Source: Spirochaetota bacterium
GTDB lineage: Bacteria; Spirochaetota; UBA4802; UBA5550
Length of the DNA: 64,000 nucleotides
Direction of reading: 5' to 3'
Assembly: GCA_003246895.1 (NCBI GenBank)
Contig: QKCL01000015.1
Span: forward strand, 20,795 to 84,794
The notes beneath the pieces were generated by a model. The model saw only the letters and a list, made by a program, of their open reading frames with translations, ran no database searches and was not told where the DNA came from. The position numbers were made by a program, and so were the translations under genes. This document shows, in pieces, positions 47,382 through 57,558 of this stretch. The first letter of the stretch is position 1. The number at the start of each line of letters is the position of its first letter.

Positions 47382-48491
47382 TTAAAACTCCTTCAGTTCT
47401 ATTCCGCAGTCTGTGCATGTTCCGCTTTCAGTCCCGTACTGCGCAAAACATTTAGGGCAGTACCCTGCTGAATCATCCCCGTCCCTTTCCGGTACAAGCA
47501 GTTCCGCCTCGTCTATTTCCAGTTCCTTCAGCACTCCCCTGATTCCTTCCAGTTCCATGTCTCGACCGAAGTTCAGCGCTTCCGCTGCCTCTCCTTCACC
47601 CGCACCGTCACTATAGATTACGCCCCTCATTATTTCAGAAAGAAACCGGGGCAATAATTCCCTCTTCAGAACGTAAGCGCCCACTGCAGCGGGGCTCTTT
47701 GTTATGTACCTGTATCTGAAAAAGCTGTTCACGCTTCGAAGCATTGCCGGCGGGTAAAAGGCCATTGAAAAGAGGTTCATGAAATCTTCAAATTTCATCT
47801 CCATGCCTGATCTCTTCTGAAACAGTATAAATGAAAAAAAGGCAGAGTAGTGAATAATTACGTATGCTGTAAGCAGGTAAGGCCATGCAGAAGAAAGGCC
47901 CACCATAATGGCTGCTCCAGGAGATATTATAAAGGCCAGTACAAAGGCCGTGCCAAGCAGCACCCTGAGAAACCCTGACCTTTTCAGGTCACCTTTCAGT
48001 TCTTCGGAAACTGTTCCGTAACTGTACATGTCACTGTAATAATCTTCCAGAAGTTTCTCTCTCTTCCCTGATCCGGATTCTGCAATAGATATGATTCTAT
48101 TCTTCAACTGCAGAGCCTCAGCTGCACTGTGGGTTTTTACTGTAACTGTTTCATTTAAAACGACAGATGTTCCATGGACACCTGCAGTTTTAATGTTTCC
48201 GTAATCTATAAATTCACCCCCGGTACCCTTTGACTTTCCTGTTACAAGAAGCCCTCTCCTGCCGAAAACAACTGGCCTGGACCCGCAGAGAAGAAAGATA
48301 TTCCATGGTGCAACTGTAAATGGTATGAATATGTTTTTCCCTGCAAGGTGAAGAGCCGAGCCTGAGGATGTATATCCCCGCTTTCCGTAAATGCGGGAAT
48401 ATACAATGAAGGCCCCGTGGCCGAATACTGTTGTGCATTCAATGAGGTAGAGAAAAAGAAAAACCAGAAAGAAAGTGTTTTCCGTTATCAT
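47382..48491 (-). CDS. Hypothetical membrane protein with a C-terminal zinc ribbon
   Basis: TM helices and a C-terminal CPKC...CTDC motif; 369 aa. Confidence 0.35.
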   Translation of the reverse strand: MITENTFFLVFLFLYLIECTTVFGHGAFIVYSRIYGKRGYTSSGSALHLAGKNIFIPFTVAPWNIFLLCGSRPVVFGRRGLLVTGKSKGTGGEFIDYGNIKTAGVHGTSVVLNETVTVKTHSAAEALQLKNRIISIAESGSGKREKLLEDYYSDMYSYGTVSEELKGDLKRSGFLRVLLGTAFVLAFIISPGAAIMVGLSSAWPYLLTAYVIIHYSAFFSFILFQKRSGMEMKFEDFMNLFSMAFYPPAMLRSVNSFFRYRYITKSPAAVGAYVLKRELLPRFLSEIMRGVIYSDGAGEGEAAEALNFGRDMELEGIRGVLKELEIDEAELLVPERDGDDSAGYCPKCFAQYGTESGTCTDCGIELKEF

Positions 48492-48499
48492 GGCTTCTG

Positions 48500-49384
48500 T
48501 CAGTTTTCCTCTTTCTCCGGCTGGTTCTCCTGGGCCTCAACGGTTCCGGGCTTCTCCTTTCTGCCGAAAATCTTTTTAAAAAAGGCACCAATTCCAAGAA
48601 CCACAATGAGTATGAGTTTCCAGAACTTCTGCAGAAGGCCTGTCTTTGCCGCTACTGCCAGAGCTCCCCCTGTCATGAGGGCCTTGAGCCCGTATTCGGC
48701 AACCTTGTCCCCCTCCGCAAATTCGGAATATTTGTTTCCGCTGTTAAAGGCATAACCGGTCAGAAGTTTTTTAGATTTTTCAATTACCGGTTTCAGGTTT
48801 TTCGGGTCTGCAACTACTATGACTTCCATGACCCCCTTTCTTCCCAGGTACCTTATGTTGTAGTTTACAACGTCAGCCTTTCCCGACCTGAGAAGTGTGG
48901 CCCATTCGAGATTGTTTGTTTTCTTGTCGTAGGCCGGCCTCTTGTACCACCCCTTTATCTCCATTTCAGGCATGCCCTTCTCGCGTTTTATCTTGTTTGC
49001 CTCTTCATTTGATTTCCTCAGTGAACTGAGAATCGCGTTCGCATCGAGAGAACTCCCCTCGTCATCCTTTATGTAGCCCACTTTTCTGAAGGAGAAGACC
49101 ACGAACCAGTCCCCGCTGTCGGGAGACAGGTAACCAACTTCTGTGTTTGAAGAAATATTGCCGTAGTACTCAAGAATTTTCCTTGTGTTGTCTCCGTCTG
49201 CGAAGAGGTAACCCTTTGGAACCTTAACAGAGGCCACTCCTTCCATGTCAGCTTTTGTGGGCCCCTTGACCCATTTAATTACAGGCTGCTCCTTTTTTTT
49301 CTGATCCTGTGCAGTAAGCGCAGATGGTATAAAACCCGCTGTGACAAAAAACATCGCGCATAATAAGAGTAATGTCCTTTTCAA
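48500..49384 (-). CDS. Hypothetical membrane-anchored protein (DUF2167-like)
   Basis: A signal peptide and a C-terminal TM helix; 294 aa; it forms an operon with the zinc-ribbon gene. Confidence 0.35.
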   Translation of the reverse strand: MKRTLLLLCAMFFVTAGFIPSALTAQDQKKKEQPVIKWVKGPTKADMEGVASVKVPKGYLFADGDNTRKILEYYGNISSNTEVGYLSPDSGDWFVVFSFRKVGYIKDDEGSSLDANAILSSLRKSNEEANKIKREKGMPEMEIKGWYKRPAYDKKTNNLEWATLLRSGKADVVNYNIRYLGRKGVMEVIVVADPKNLKPVIEKSKKLLTGYAFNSGNKYSEFAEGDKVAEYGLKALMTGGALAVAAKTGLLQKFWKLILIVVLGIGAFFKKIFGRKEKPGTVEAQENQPEKEEN

Positions 49385-49438
49385 AATAACCCTCCTGAAA
49401 ATATAATATTGTTTTTATCTATCTTTTTTAAAGCTGTA

Positions 49439-50104
49439 TCATTCAGATCTGGTTCTTCCGGGGATTCTGTCGTGGAAGATTATGAGCAGCACAGAGGGCA
49501 CAACTATGGCTGTCACAAGGAGGGGGCTGGCCATGAGCGCTTCGGGCCTCACTGTGCCTGCCATTACAATTCCCGTAAGCGCACCGCCGAGATGCGCGTC
49601 GTGGCCGATATTTCCGCTGTTTCTGCTCACTCCGTATATTGAAACAACTATGAATATTATTCCGAAAAGCCATGCAGGTATTGGAATGGGAACGAAGAAC
49701 AGGTACACACTCCCGCCGGGTACAAGAAATATGGATGCGAATATTATTCCGCATACTCCGCCCGAAGCGCCCACTGCCCGGTATGAGCTGTTCTTTCTGT
49801 TCATGAGCAGAGCAAGCAGGCTCCCCCCTATGGCGCTGTAGAAATATATATATGCCGTAATTTTGTAGCCGTAGCTGGCCTCTACATACATGGCAAATGA
49901 ATAGAGGCTGAACATGTTGAAAAACAGATGGCCCAGGTTGGCATGAACAAGTATGGAGGTAATGAGCCTGTGGTATTCATGTTTTTTCACCACTCCATGT
50001 GTGGAAAAGAGAAGCGCCTCTGCCAGCCTGTTATTGCTGAATGCGGCAAATGAGACAAGTGATGTTACTGCAACTGTTATGAAGGTAAATGTTTTGTATT
50101 CCAT
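49439..50104 (-). CDS. Rhomboid-family intramembrane serine protease
   Basis: The HANLGHLFFNM motif, the catalytic GASGGVCG and a downstream His. Confidence 0.75.
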   Translation of the reverse strand: MEYKTFTFITVAVTSLVSFAAFSNNRLAEALLFSTHGVVKKHEYHRLITSILVHANLGHLFFNMFSLYSFAMYVEASYGYKITAYIYFYSAIGGSLLALLMNRKNSSYRAVGASGGVCGIIFASIFLVPGGSVYLFFVPIPIPAWLFGIIFIVVSIYGVSRNSGNIGHDAHLGGALTGIVMAGTVRPEALMASPLLVTAIVVPSVLLIIFHDRIPGRTRSE

Positions 50105-50227
50105 GGGAATAAATACTTATGCGGAAATTGAAGAGAGTCAAGCACTATTATTGCCCCCTCCGGGACCGGCGGCCTGCATCAGAAAAGCTTATCTTAACTC
50201 ATTGAATATGATTCAAACTGATTCGTA

Positions 50228-50605
50228 TCAATACCTGATCCGTATTCTGACAGTATCTCCCTGCCTGTGGGCTACAATAATCATTCCTTCAACAAAATCT
50301 ATATTTCTGGAAAATACTGCTTCCACTGTCTTTATGGAATTATTCCCTTCTATATGCCCCGGCCTCAGATAAATGATCCCGCAGAACGGAATTCCCCTTA
50401 AAATGGCATGTGTTCCGAAATCACTGTCGTGCGTTATTATAATTCTGCCGAGTCTGACAGATTTTTCAATTACATCTAAATCCGCAGCACCGGAAAGTCC
50501 TTCATCGTAAACTGAAATAATGTCAAAACCCCCATTCCTGAGATACTTCAATAATTCCGGGTGGACATTTTCATCTGCAAGGAATAAACAGTCCTGAATT
50601 TTCAT
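50228..50605 (-). CDS. DUF5615 (PIN-like, Mut7-C fold) toxin
   Basis: The FLADENV... N-terminus, ITHDSDFG and conserved acidic residues; it overlaps the upstream DUF433 gene by 4 nt. Confidence 0.65.
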   Translation of the reverse strand: MKIQDCLFLADENVHPELLKYLRNGGFDIISVYDEGLSGAADLDVIEKSVRLGRIIITHDSDFGTHAILRGIPFCGIIYLRPGHIEGNNSIKTVEAVFSRNIDFVEGMIIVAHRQGDTVRIRIRY

Positions 50606-50862
50606 GCAGTGACTTTGGCTGTAATGAATATTTCATTTTTCTGTGAATTTGCCGCATATAAAATTGCTTCACGTATACCTTCAACAGGCAGGCCGGGATA
50701 CTGTTCTGAAATTTTATCAACAGAGGCACCTGAAGCTACAAGTTCCATTATATATTCAACACTGATTCGTGAACCTGCAATTATAGGCTTGCCGTTCAAT
50801 ATTTCAGAGTCATAGGTTATATACTGATAAACTCTTTTTTCCATCAAATACCCTCTTTGCAA
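50602..50862 (-). CDS. DUF433 antitoxin-like protein
   Basis: An 86-aa protein with an ILNGKPIIAGSRISVEYIMEL motif. Confidence 0.65.
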   Translation of the reverse strand: MQRGYLMEKRVYQYITYDSEILNGKPIIAGSRISVEYIMELVASGASVDKISEQYPGLPVEGIREAILYAANSQKNEIFITAKVTA

Positions 50863-50983
50863 TATATAAAGTATTTTAATACTTATAAATCTGTTGTCAA
50901 ATTATTATACTTTGTGGAAAGATAAATGTTTCATTTTTACTTATACCCCTCTCCCTCCGGGACAGGCCCGGAGAGGAGAAAAA

Positions 50984-52039
50984 CTACTTTTTAAGATTAA
51001 GAACAGCCCCGCCGAACTGAAAATATTTTTTTATGTAATCCTGTTCCTTCTGGTCAGGGGGATATATAAAATAGCTCTGAAGCTTTCCTTTCACAGGATA
51101 CATCTGCCCTTTCCTGTATTTCAGCGCTTCCTTTTTACATATTCCCTCGAGAATAACTGTCGGGGCTTTGTATCTGGTCCTGCTGTCAGATGTACCGGGG
51201 TTTCCCTCTTTCAGGGGCACATAAAATGTAGCCTTGTATGAACAGTGATTTGTACCGGCGATGTAGCTTGCTGCGCCTCCGTCAACATTTTTGAGATAGA
51301 GTTTTCTGAAGGAGATTTTCTTATTACTGTATGCCTTCATGAACCTGTTCTGCTTCTCCTGTATCATTGCAGTTGTGTCCCCTCCGTTCCCGGAAGTAGA
51401 CTTCACGTAGGCATCAAGGAACTTTATGAACACCTTCTGGTCCGCAGTTGGATCCCCCCCTGTGAGAGATTTCTCCTTTTCCGGGCTTATCTTTGACCTG
51501 AACTCGGACATGCTGCTTGAAGATAGAAGATACTCGGCCCTTTTGCAACTGCTGCTGTCGCCTGAACTGCACTGCCCCTGAATGTACTCCATTCCGTATT
51601 TGAAGAACCTCAGGGCTTTGGATTTATTCTTTGCAAGGCCGGCGGAACCGTTCATGTAATCAAATCCCAGCTGAATAGAAGCCTCTGCTGTATCCATGTC
51701 AGAAGTTTTTGATGCAGCTCTCTCTGCCTTTATCCTGTACTGTCCAGCCATGGCCCTGTTGAGGCTTATCTTGTGGAATTTACCCTGGCTGTGCCATATC
51801 CAGAGCATGCGGCATGCATCTGCATCATTAAGCGAACACGCCTCCCTGTAGTATTTAATGGCCTTTTCATGGTCCTTTGATTTTGTGAAAATATATTTAT
51901 TTCCAAGTTCCCTGCAGCTTTTTCCGTTTTTACCTGAACATTCACTTTCAAGTTCTTCAATGGATTTTGTATCCGGGAATGCGTTTGCAGAGAGGAATGT
52001 GATGAACAACAATGAAACAATAAACCTGAATCTTTTCAT
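50984..52039 (-). CDS. Secreted Sel1/Hcp-like cysteine-rich repeat protein
   Basis: A signal peptide, then C-x-n-C paired Sel1-like repeats (CSGKNGKSC, CSLNDADAC). Confidence 0.45.
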   Translation of the reverse strand: MKRFRFIVSLLFITFLSANAFPDTKSIEELESECSGKNGKSCRELGNKYIFTKSKDHEKAIKYYREACSLNDADACRMLWIWHSQGKFHKISLNRAMAGQYRIKAERAASKTSDMDTAEASIQLGFDYMNGSAGLAKNKSKALRFFKYGMEYIQGQCSSGDSSSCKRAEYLLSSSSMSEFRSKISPEKEKSLTGGDPTADQKVFIKFLDAYVKSTSGNGGDTTAMIQEKQNRFMKAYSNKKISFRKLYLKNVDGGAASYIAGTNHCSYKATFYVPLKEGNPGTSDSRTRYKAPTVILEGICKKEALKYRKGQMYPVKGKLQSYFIYPPDQKEQDYIKKYFQFGGAVLNLKK

Positions 52040-52208
52040 ATGACCGTCCTCTATATTGTATGGCTTACTCTAGCCTGACGGTAAAGTTAGTCAATAAATA
52101 TACAGATGTTTATTCATAATTAAAACATGATTTGCCATGCAGGGAACAAAAGCAGAAAAAATTAGTCACGGGTTGTTCCTTAATATGGAACGATCAAATG
52201 TAAAGCGG

Positions 52209-52883
52209 TCAGATTCTCCAGTCTATTTCTCCCCGTCCCCGGTCCATGAGAAATTCATTTGCCCTTGAGAAATGCCCGGTTCCGAAAAAACCTCTGTATG
52301 CAGATAACGGCGAAGGATGTGCCCCTTTCAAAACAAGGTTTTTTGAAGAATCTATGAGTCTCTCCTTCCTGTGTGCATCTCCGCCCCAGAGAATAAATAC
52401 AACAGGTTCAGACATATTGGATAGTGACTTTATCACACAGTCCGTGAACTCCTCCCATCCCATTCCACGGTGTGAACCTGCATGCCCTGCCCGGACTGTC
52501 ATTACTGTATTCAGAAGTAAAACCCCCTGACGAGCCCAGGGTTCAAGATTTCCGGAACCTGATATTTCAGTACCAAGGCCGCTCCGCAGTTCCCTGAATA
52601 TATTTTTAAGTGAAGGTGGAGGAGCTATTCCTTCCGGCACAGAAAAAGCGAGGCCGTGCGCCTGCCCCTCTCCATGGTACGGGTCCTGCCCCAGTATTAC
52701 AGCGCGTGTTTCTGCAGGAGATGTTAAACTGAATGCATTAAAGACCATCTCTTCGGGGGGATATACAGTGTGGTGCTTTCTCTCGGCAGAGAGAAACTCA
52801 CTCAGTTTTCTGAAACTTTCAGTTTCAAAACACCGGGACAGGAGACTGTACCACTCCTGCCCCATATATTTTTTTATTTCCAC
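52209..52883 (-). CDS. ung: Uracil-DNA glycosylase (family 1)
   Basis: GQDPYHG and HPSPLS motifs. Confidence 0.85.
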   Translation of the reverse strand: MEIKKYMGQEWYSLLSRCFETESFRKLSEFLSAERKHHTVYPPEEMVFNAFSLTSPAETRAVILGQDPYHGEGQAHGLAFSVPEGIAPPPSLKNIFRELRSGLGTEISGSGNLEPWARQGVLLLNTVMTVRAGHAGSHRGMGWEEFTDCVIKSLSNMSEPVVFILWGGDAHRKERLIDSSKNLVLKGAHPSPLSAYRGFFGTGHFSRANEFLMDRGRGEIDWRI

Positions 52884-52888
52884 AAATT

Positions 52889-54130
52889 TTACAGAGCCCT
52901 GTGGCCGATATCTTTTCTGTAGAAGGCTCCGTCGAATTTAATCTTGTCTATTTCGCCGTAAATGTTTCCGGCCGCTTCTTTCAGGGATGAACCGGTCGAG
53001 GTTACATTGAGAACCCTTCCGCCGTTTGTAACTGTTTTTCCGTCTTTGGTGTCAGTTCCGGCATGGAAGACCTGAACATTTTCAGCAACATTTTCGATTC
53101 CTGTGATCTCATCGCCTTTTTTATATGAACCGGGATATCCTCCGGCAGAAACAACTACAGTCATGGCGTGGCTGTCCCTGAATTTAAGGTCCACCCTGTC
53201 GAGACCTCCGTTAACCGAGGCATGAATGAGAGTGCCCAGTTTTGTTTCAAGGAGCGGGAGAACGATCTGTGTTTCCGGGTCTCCGAACCTTGCATTGAAT
53301 TCAAGAACCTTTATGTCATCTCCGTCGATCATTACTCCGGCATAAAGTATTCCCTTGAAAGGAATCCCTTCCTTTCTCATGCCGTCTATGACAGGCTGAA
53401 GGACCTTCTCCTTCACAAACTGAAGCTTTTCAGGCGTAACAACAGGTGCAGGCGCATAGGCTCCCATTCCTCCGGTGTTAGGGCCTTTGTCTCCGTCAAA
53501 AATTCTCTTATGGTCCTGTGCCGCGATCATGGGCAGAACAGTGACTCCGTCCGAAATGCCGAAGATCGACGCCTCTTCACCTTTAAGAAACTCCTCAACA
53601 AAAACCCGTGAATCATCCTTCACATTTTCATCTATAAAGGCTAGGGCCTCTTCCCTGCTTTCCGGTATTCCCACGCCCTTGCCTGCTGCGAGGCCGTCAA
53701 GTTTTATGACCATGGGGTACTTTTCATTTTTCTCTATAAATTCCGTTATGGTTTCCCTGCCAATAAAATCCCAGTGGCCTGCAGTGGGTACTTCATAGGT
53801 TTCCATAATGCGTTTTGCAAACAGTTTGCTCCCCTCAATCATTGCGGCCGCCTTTTTTGGGCCGAATGCGGGAACATTCTTCTCTTCAAGGTAATCAACC
53901 AGTCCCATTACAAGGGGAACCTCTGGGCCTACCACAACCATGTCAATGGACTTATCCTGGCAGAAACTATAGATCCCTTCAAAATCATCCACTGCAATGT
54001 CCACTCTGTACTTTTCATCTATTCCGCCGTTGCCAGGTGCAACATAGACCTCTTCCGCGCTCCCGTCCGAGAGAAGTCTCCAGCTTATGGCGTGTTCCCT
54101 TCCGCCCGATCCAACAACAAGGTATTTCAT
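52889..54130 (-). CDS. purD: Phosphoribosylamine--glycine ligase
   Basis: MKYLVVGSGGREHA N-terminus and an ATP-grasp domain; 413 aa. Confidence 0.9.
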   Translation of the reverse strand: MKYLVVGSGGREHAISWRLLSDGSAEEVYVAPGNGGIDEKYRVDIAVDDFEGIYSFCQDKSIDMVVVGPEVPLVMGLVDYLEEKNVPAFGPKKAAAMIEGSKLFAKRIMETYEVPTAGHWDFIGRETITEFIEKNEKYPMVIKLDGLAAGKGVGIPESREEALAFIDENVKDDSRVFVEEFLKGEEASIFGISDGVTVLPMIAAQDHKRIFDGDKGPNTGGMGAYAPAPVVTPEKLQFVKEKVLQPVIDGMRKEGIPFKGILYAGVMIDGDDIKVLEFNARFGDPETQIVLPLLETKLGTLIHASVNGGLDRVDLKFRDSHAMTVVVSAGGYPGSYKKGDEITGIENVAENVQVFHAGTDTKDGKTVTNGGRVLNVTSTGSSLKEAAGNIYGEIDKIKFDGAFYRKDIGHRAL

Positions 54131-54141
54131 TATATCCCCCT

Positions 54142-55674
54142 TTATCCCTGATCCTTGAGATAACTTTTCAGTTTGTCATATTCTATATTATCAAATTCCC
54201 CAAGGAAATTTTCAATGTCCATGCATATTTTTTTCACTCCGCCCTGAACATCCGACTCCACATTGAGAGGCAGAACAGGGTCGTGAAGAGAAAGCCTTAA
54301 AAGGAACCATCCCCTTTCATCTTCATTTTTCAGGGAGATCCGCACCCCCTCATGATTCACAGGTTCCACTGCCCACTTCTCATGGGAAGCGCCGTACTCC
54401 TTGAGCCTCTCTATGATTGCCTCACCCTGTTTTTTAAAATCCTCATCTTTCAGTGATATTCTGAATTCAAGGGATTCAACAGGCTCCTCAAGATCCGCTA
54501 TGAGTTCAGTAATATCTTCGCCGTCGTTAATCTTCATTCGCGCCATCTTTATGAGAATCTTCACAATTGTATAGGCTCCGTCATCGAGAAAGTAATTCTC
54601 CTTCATTGCACCGTGCCCTGAAGTCTCCATTGCAAGTGCAGAATCCTGACCAAGGCTGTTGAGTCTCACAGATTCATTGATCACATTCTTGTATCCCCTC
54701 TTGAACCTGTGATGAACGCCGCCAAGTTTTTCTATAAAGCTGGAGAGCCCGTCCGATGTAACTGAATCGGTTACAATTGCCGTACCGGGTTTGTCTTCAA
54801 TAACTATTGCAGCCATGAGTGCGATGAGTCTGTTTCTGTTTATAATCTCTCCGCTCCCGGAAACAACGGCCGAACGGTCCACATCCGTATCAAAAATGAT
54901 TCCAAGGTCAGCACCTGAGTCGAGTACAGCCTTCTGAATGCTCTCCATGGCCTCTTCGTTTTCAGGGTTCGGTTCGTGATTCGGAAACTTTCCGTCCGGG
55001 TCAAGAAACACACTTCCCGAAGTATCGGCACCCAGAGGTTTGAGAACCTTTTCCACGAAGAATCCGCCCGCACCGTTCCCCGCATCAACCACAATTTTCA
55101 TGCCGGTCAGAGGCTTCTCAAAATTTTCGTTTGAATATATCCCCTTCCTGATCTCATATACAAGAAATTCCGAGTAAACATCCATGAGGTCCATTTTATC
55201 AAAACCGCTTCCCAGGCTCACTGCAAAGTCCCTTTCCCCGCATGTTTCAAGAATCTTTGTAATATCGGTTTTATCGAGCCCTCCATGGCATGTGAAGAAC
55301 TTGAACCCGTTTCTGTTAAATGGAAGGTGGCTGGCTGTGACCATTACTGCTCCGTCACACCTGAAATCCTCAAATACCGTACTCATAAACATTGCAGGAG
55401 TCGAGGCAATTCCGCAGTCATATCCCCTTGCTCCTGCAGATTCTACACCGGACAAAAAGGCATTGAGAAGTTCCTCTCCCGTAAGCCTTGAATCACGGCC
55501 TGCGGAAATTCTGACTTCAACCGGAGATATACTCTTCCTCTCCGCTACCCACAGGGCAAAGACATGGCCCATTATTGCCGCTTCGGCCACAGTAAGATTT
55601 GCAGCCTCACTTTTGGAAGCTATGGCAACCCCCCTTATATCTGAACCGTTCTGTAGTTTTTTCCAGTTTTTCAT
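54142..55674 (-). CDS. Phosphoglucomutase/phosphomannomutase family protein
   Basis: The active-site loop TASHLP and alpha-D-phosphohexomutase domains I-IV. Confidence 0.8.
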   Translation of the reverse strand: MKNWKKLQNGSDIRGVAIASKSEAANLTVAEAAIMGHVFALWVAERKSISPVEVRISAGRDSRLTGEELLNAFLSGVESAGARGYDCGIASTPAMFMSTVFEDFRCDGAVMVTASHLPFNRNGFKFFTCHGGLDKTDITKILETCGERDFAVSLGSGFDKMDLMDVYSEFLVYEIRKGIYSNENFEKPLTGMKIVVDAGNGAGGFFVEKVLKPLGADTSGSVFLDPDGKFPNHEPNPENEEAMESIQKAVLDSGADLGIIFDTDVDRSAVVSGSGEIINRNRLIALMAAIVIEDKPGTAIVTDSVTSDGLSSFIEKLGGVHHRFKRGYKNVINESVRLNSLGQDSALAMETSGHGAMKENYFLDDGAYTIVKILIKMARMKINDGEDITELIADLEEPVESLEFRISLKDEDFKKQGEAIIERLKEYGASHEKWAVEPVNHEGVRISLKNEDERGWFLLRLSLHDPVLPLNVESDVQGGVKKICMDIENFLGEFDNIEYDKLKSYLKDQG

Positions 55675-55850
55675 AAAAAAATTAATCCAATTTATATTAA
55701 AATTCGTCTCAATCAGGTAGTTGAAACAATTTTTAAAAACAAATAATAACGGATGACAGGTGTGTCAATTAGTTTTAAAATGAGTTATTCCCTGTTTTCA
55801 AAGGGTATTAATCTTTAAAAATATATCGGAGAGTCTGTATTTATAATAAT

Positions 55851-57047
55851 ATGACTGTGTATAATAACATTTTAAAAAGAACTTTCAGATACGGCATTAA
55901 ACTGCTGGGTGAACTCTTTTTCACCAGGAAAAAACTTGCCTCATATAATGCCGAATTCTGGCATTCTGAATTTAAAAAAAACAATTTCCGTACACTTGTC
56001 ATTGCCATGTTCCTCTTTATTGAACAGCTTCTTTACGGCTTTTTCTTCAGCAGACAGGGTTCTGCCGAACAGATAATATTTTTCTTCACCGCGTTTTTCA
56101 TGGTCATATATGTCCTGTCTTCTTTCATGTTCACCAGACACCGTCCAGAAAGAATAACTGTCTTTCACAGAATATACTCCACATCCATTGTCTGGTTCGG
56201 AATGGCAATCGCCTGCCACCGTTTCCTGATAAAAGATTTCACAGACTTTCACCTGCCAACGGTTTACCTTGCAGTCATATATGGAGGAGCTGTAATCTAC
56301 TACATGTCCTACAGGGAAAGCCTTTTTATTTACTCATCATTTGCCGTAATTTCAATCTATCTGACTCCGCTGTTTCACCCGGGCATTACCGGAAATGTAT
56401 ACATGGCTGATATCACATCAAACGCCATGATTGCATGCTTCATCGCATGCCTGAACTACAGCGGCTTCATGAAGGATTTCCTGAACAAGAAGACCATTGA
56501 AGAAAAAAACCTGATCCTCATTGAAAACAACAGACACATTGCAGACATGAACAGCAGGCTCCTTAACATGTCCATGAAAGATCCTCTCACAGATCTCTAC
56601 AACAGGAGAAAAATCGACAGTGTGCTTGAAGCGGAGATAAACAGGACGTGTGACGCAATATACGATTTTTCCATAATAATTCTGGACCTTGACAACTTCA
56701 AGGATATCAATGACATTTACGGCCACACTGCTGGTGATGAGACGCTGAGAGATGTTTCCCGGCTTCTCCTGAAGAACCTGCGGAGCAGGGACATCTGCGC
56801 CAGATGGGGCGGTGAGGAATTCATAATAGTATGCCCGGGCAATGACCTTAACCATGCTGAAGATCTCGCGGAACGGCTCAGGGAAAAAATCGCAAATTAT
56901 TATTTCCCAACGGTGGGTAAGGTTAATGCGAGCTTCGGTGTAGCCTCTTACAGGGAATTTAATGATATTGAAGAATTAATAAAAAATGCCGACTCCAGAC
57001 TCTATGCTGCGAAGAGAAGCGGCAGAAACAGGGTTGTTTCTGCCTGA
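55851..57047 (+). CDS. Membrane-anchored diguanylate cyclase (GGDEF domain)
   Basis: N-terminal TM helices, then C-terminal RWGGEEF and DxLT motifs. Confidence 0.8.
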   Translation: MTVYNNILKRTFRYGIKLLGELFFTRKKLASYNAEFWHSEFKKNNFRTLVIAMFLFIEQLLYGFFFSRQGSAEQIIFFFTAFFMVIYVLSSFMFTRHRPERITVFHRIYSTSIVWFGMAIACHRFLIKDFTDFHLPTVYLAVIYGGAVIYYMSYRESLFIYSSFAVISIYLTPLFHPGITGNVYMADITSNAMIACFIACLNYSGFMKDFLNKKTIEEKNLILIENNRHIADMNSRLLNMSMKDPLTDLYNRRKIDSVLEAEINRTCDAIYDFSIIILDLDNFKDINDIYGHTAGDETLRDVSRLLLKNLRSRDICARWGGEEFIIVCPGNDLNHAEDLAERLREKIANYYFPTVGKVNASFGVASYREFNDIEELIKNADSRLYAAKRSGRNRVVSA

Positions 57048-57133
57048 CTCCAGTATACACCATTTAAACAGACGGCAAACTTTTCCTTTACGATACATTT
57101 TTTTATATATATTTTCTCTATGAGAGGTGATAT

Positions 57134-57484
57134 ATGTCTAAAATATACTTTTATTTTCTGCCTGCAGCGCTTCTAATAATAGCGGGGCTGTTTCTTATTT
57201 TTGTGTCATCCAGAAGACTGGGGTTCCCTTTCGGATACAGGACAAATCTCTCCATGCAGAACCTTGATGTATGGAATTTTTCCAACACATGGCTGGGAAC
57301 CTATATGTTACTCTGCTCTGCAGTTTCTGCAGGCATTGGTTTTCTCTTTCTCAGATTTATCGAATCTGATGCCGGTGTATATATTGTCATTATAATATCA
57401 TCATTTTTCCCGGTAATTGCCTCATATATTACTGGAAGACGAACCTACGAATACTATGACGACAATGGACTGAGAATAAAATGA
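57134..57484 (+). CDS. Small membrane protein, SdpI/YhfL-like
   Basis: A 116-aa protein with three TM helices and a GYRT...W motif. Confidence 0.3.
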   Translation: MSKIYFYFLPAALLIIAGLFLIFVSSRRLGFPFGYRTNLSMQNLDVWNFSNTWLGTYMLLCSAVSAGIGFLFLRFIESDAGVYIVIIISSFFPVIASYITGRRTYEYYDDNGLRIK

Positions 57485-57558
57485 TTCTTTAAAAATATTA
57501 TTTACAAAAAGACGGATATTTTTAGTCTCACTTAAATATCAGGGACAAGGAGCTGGCA

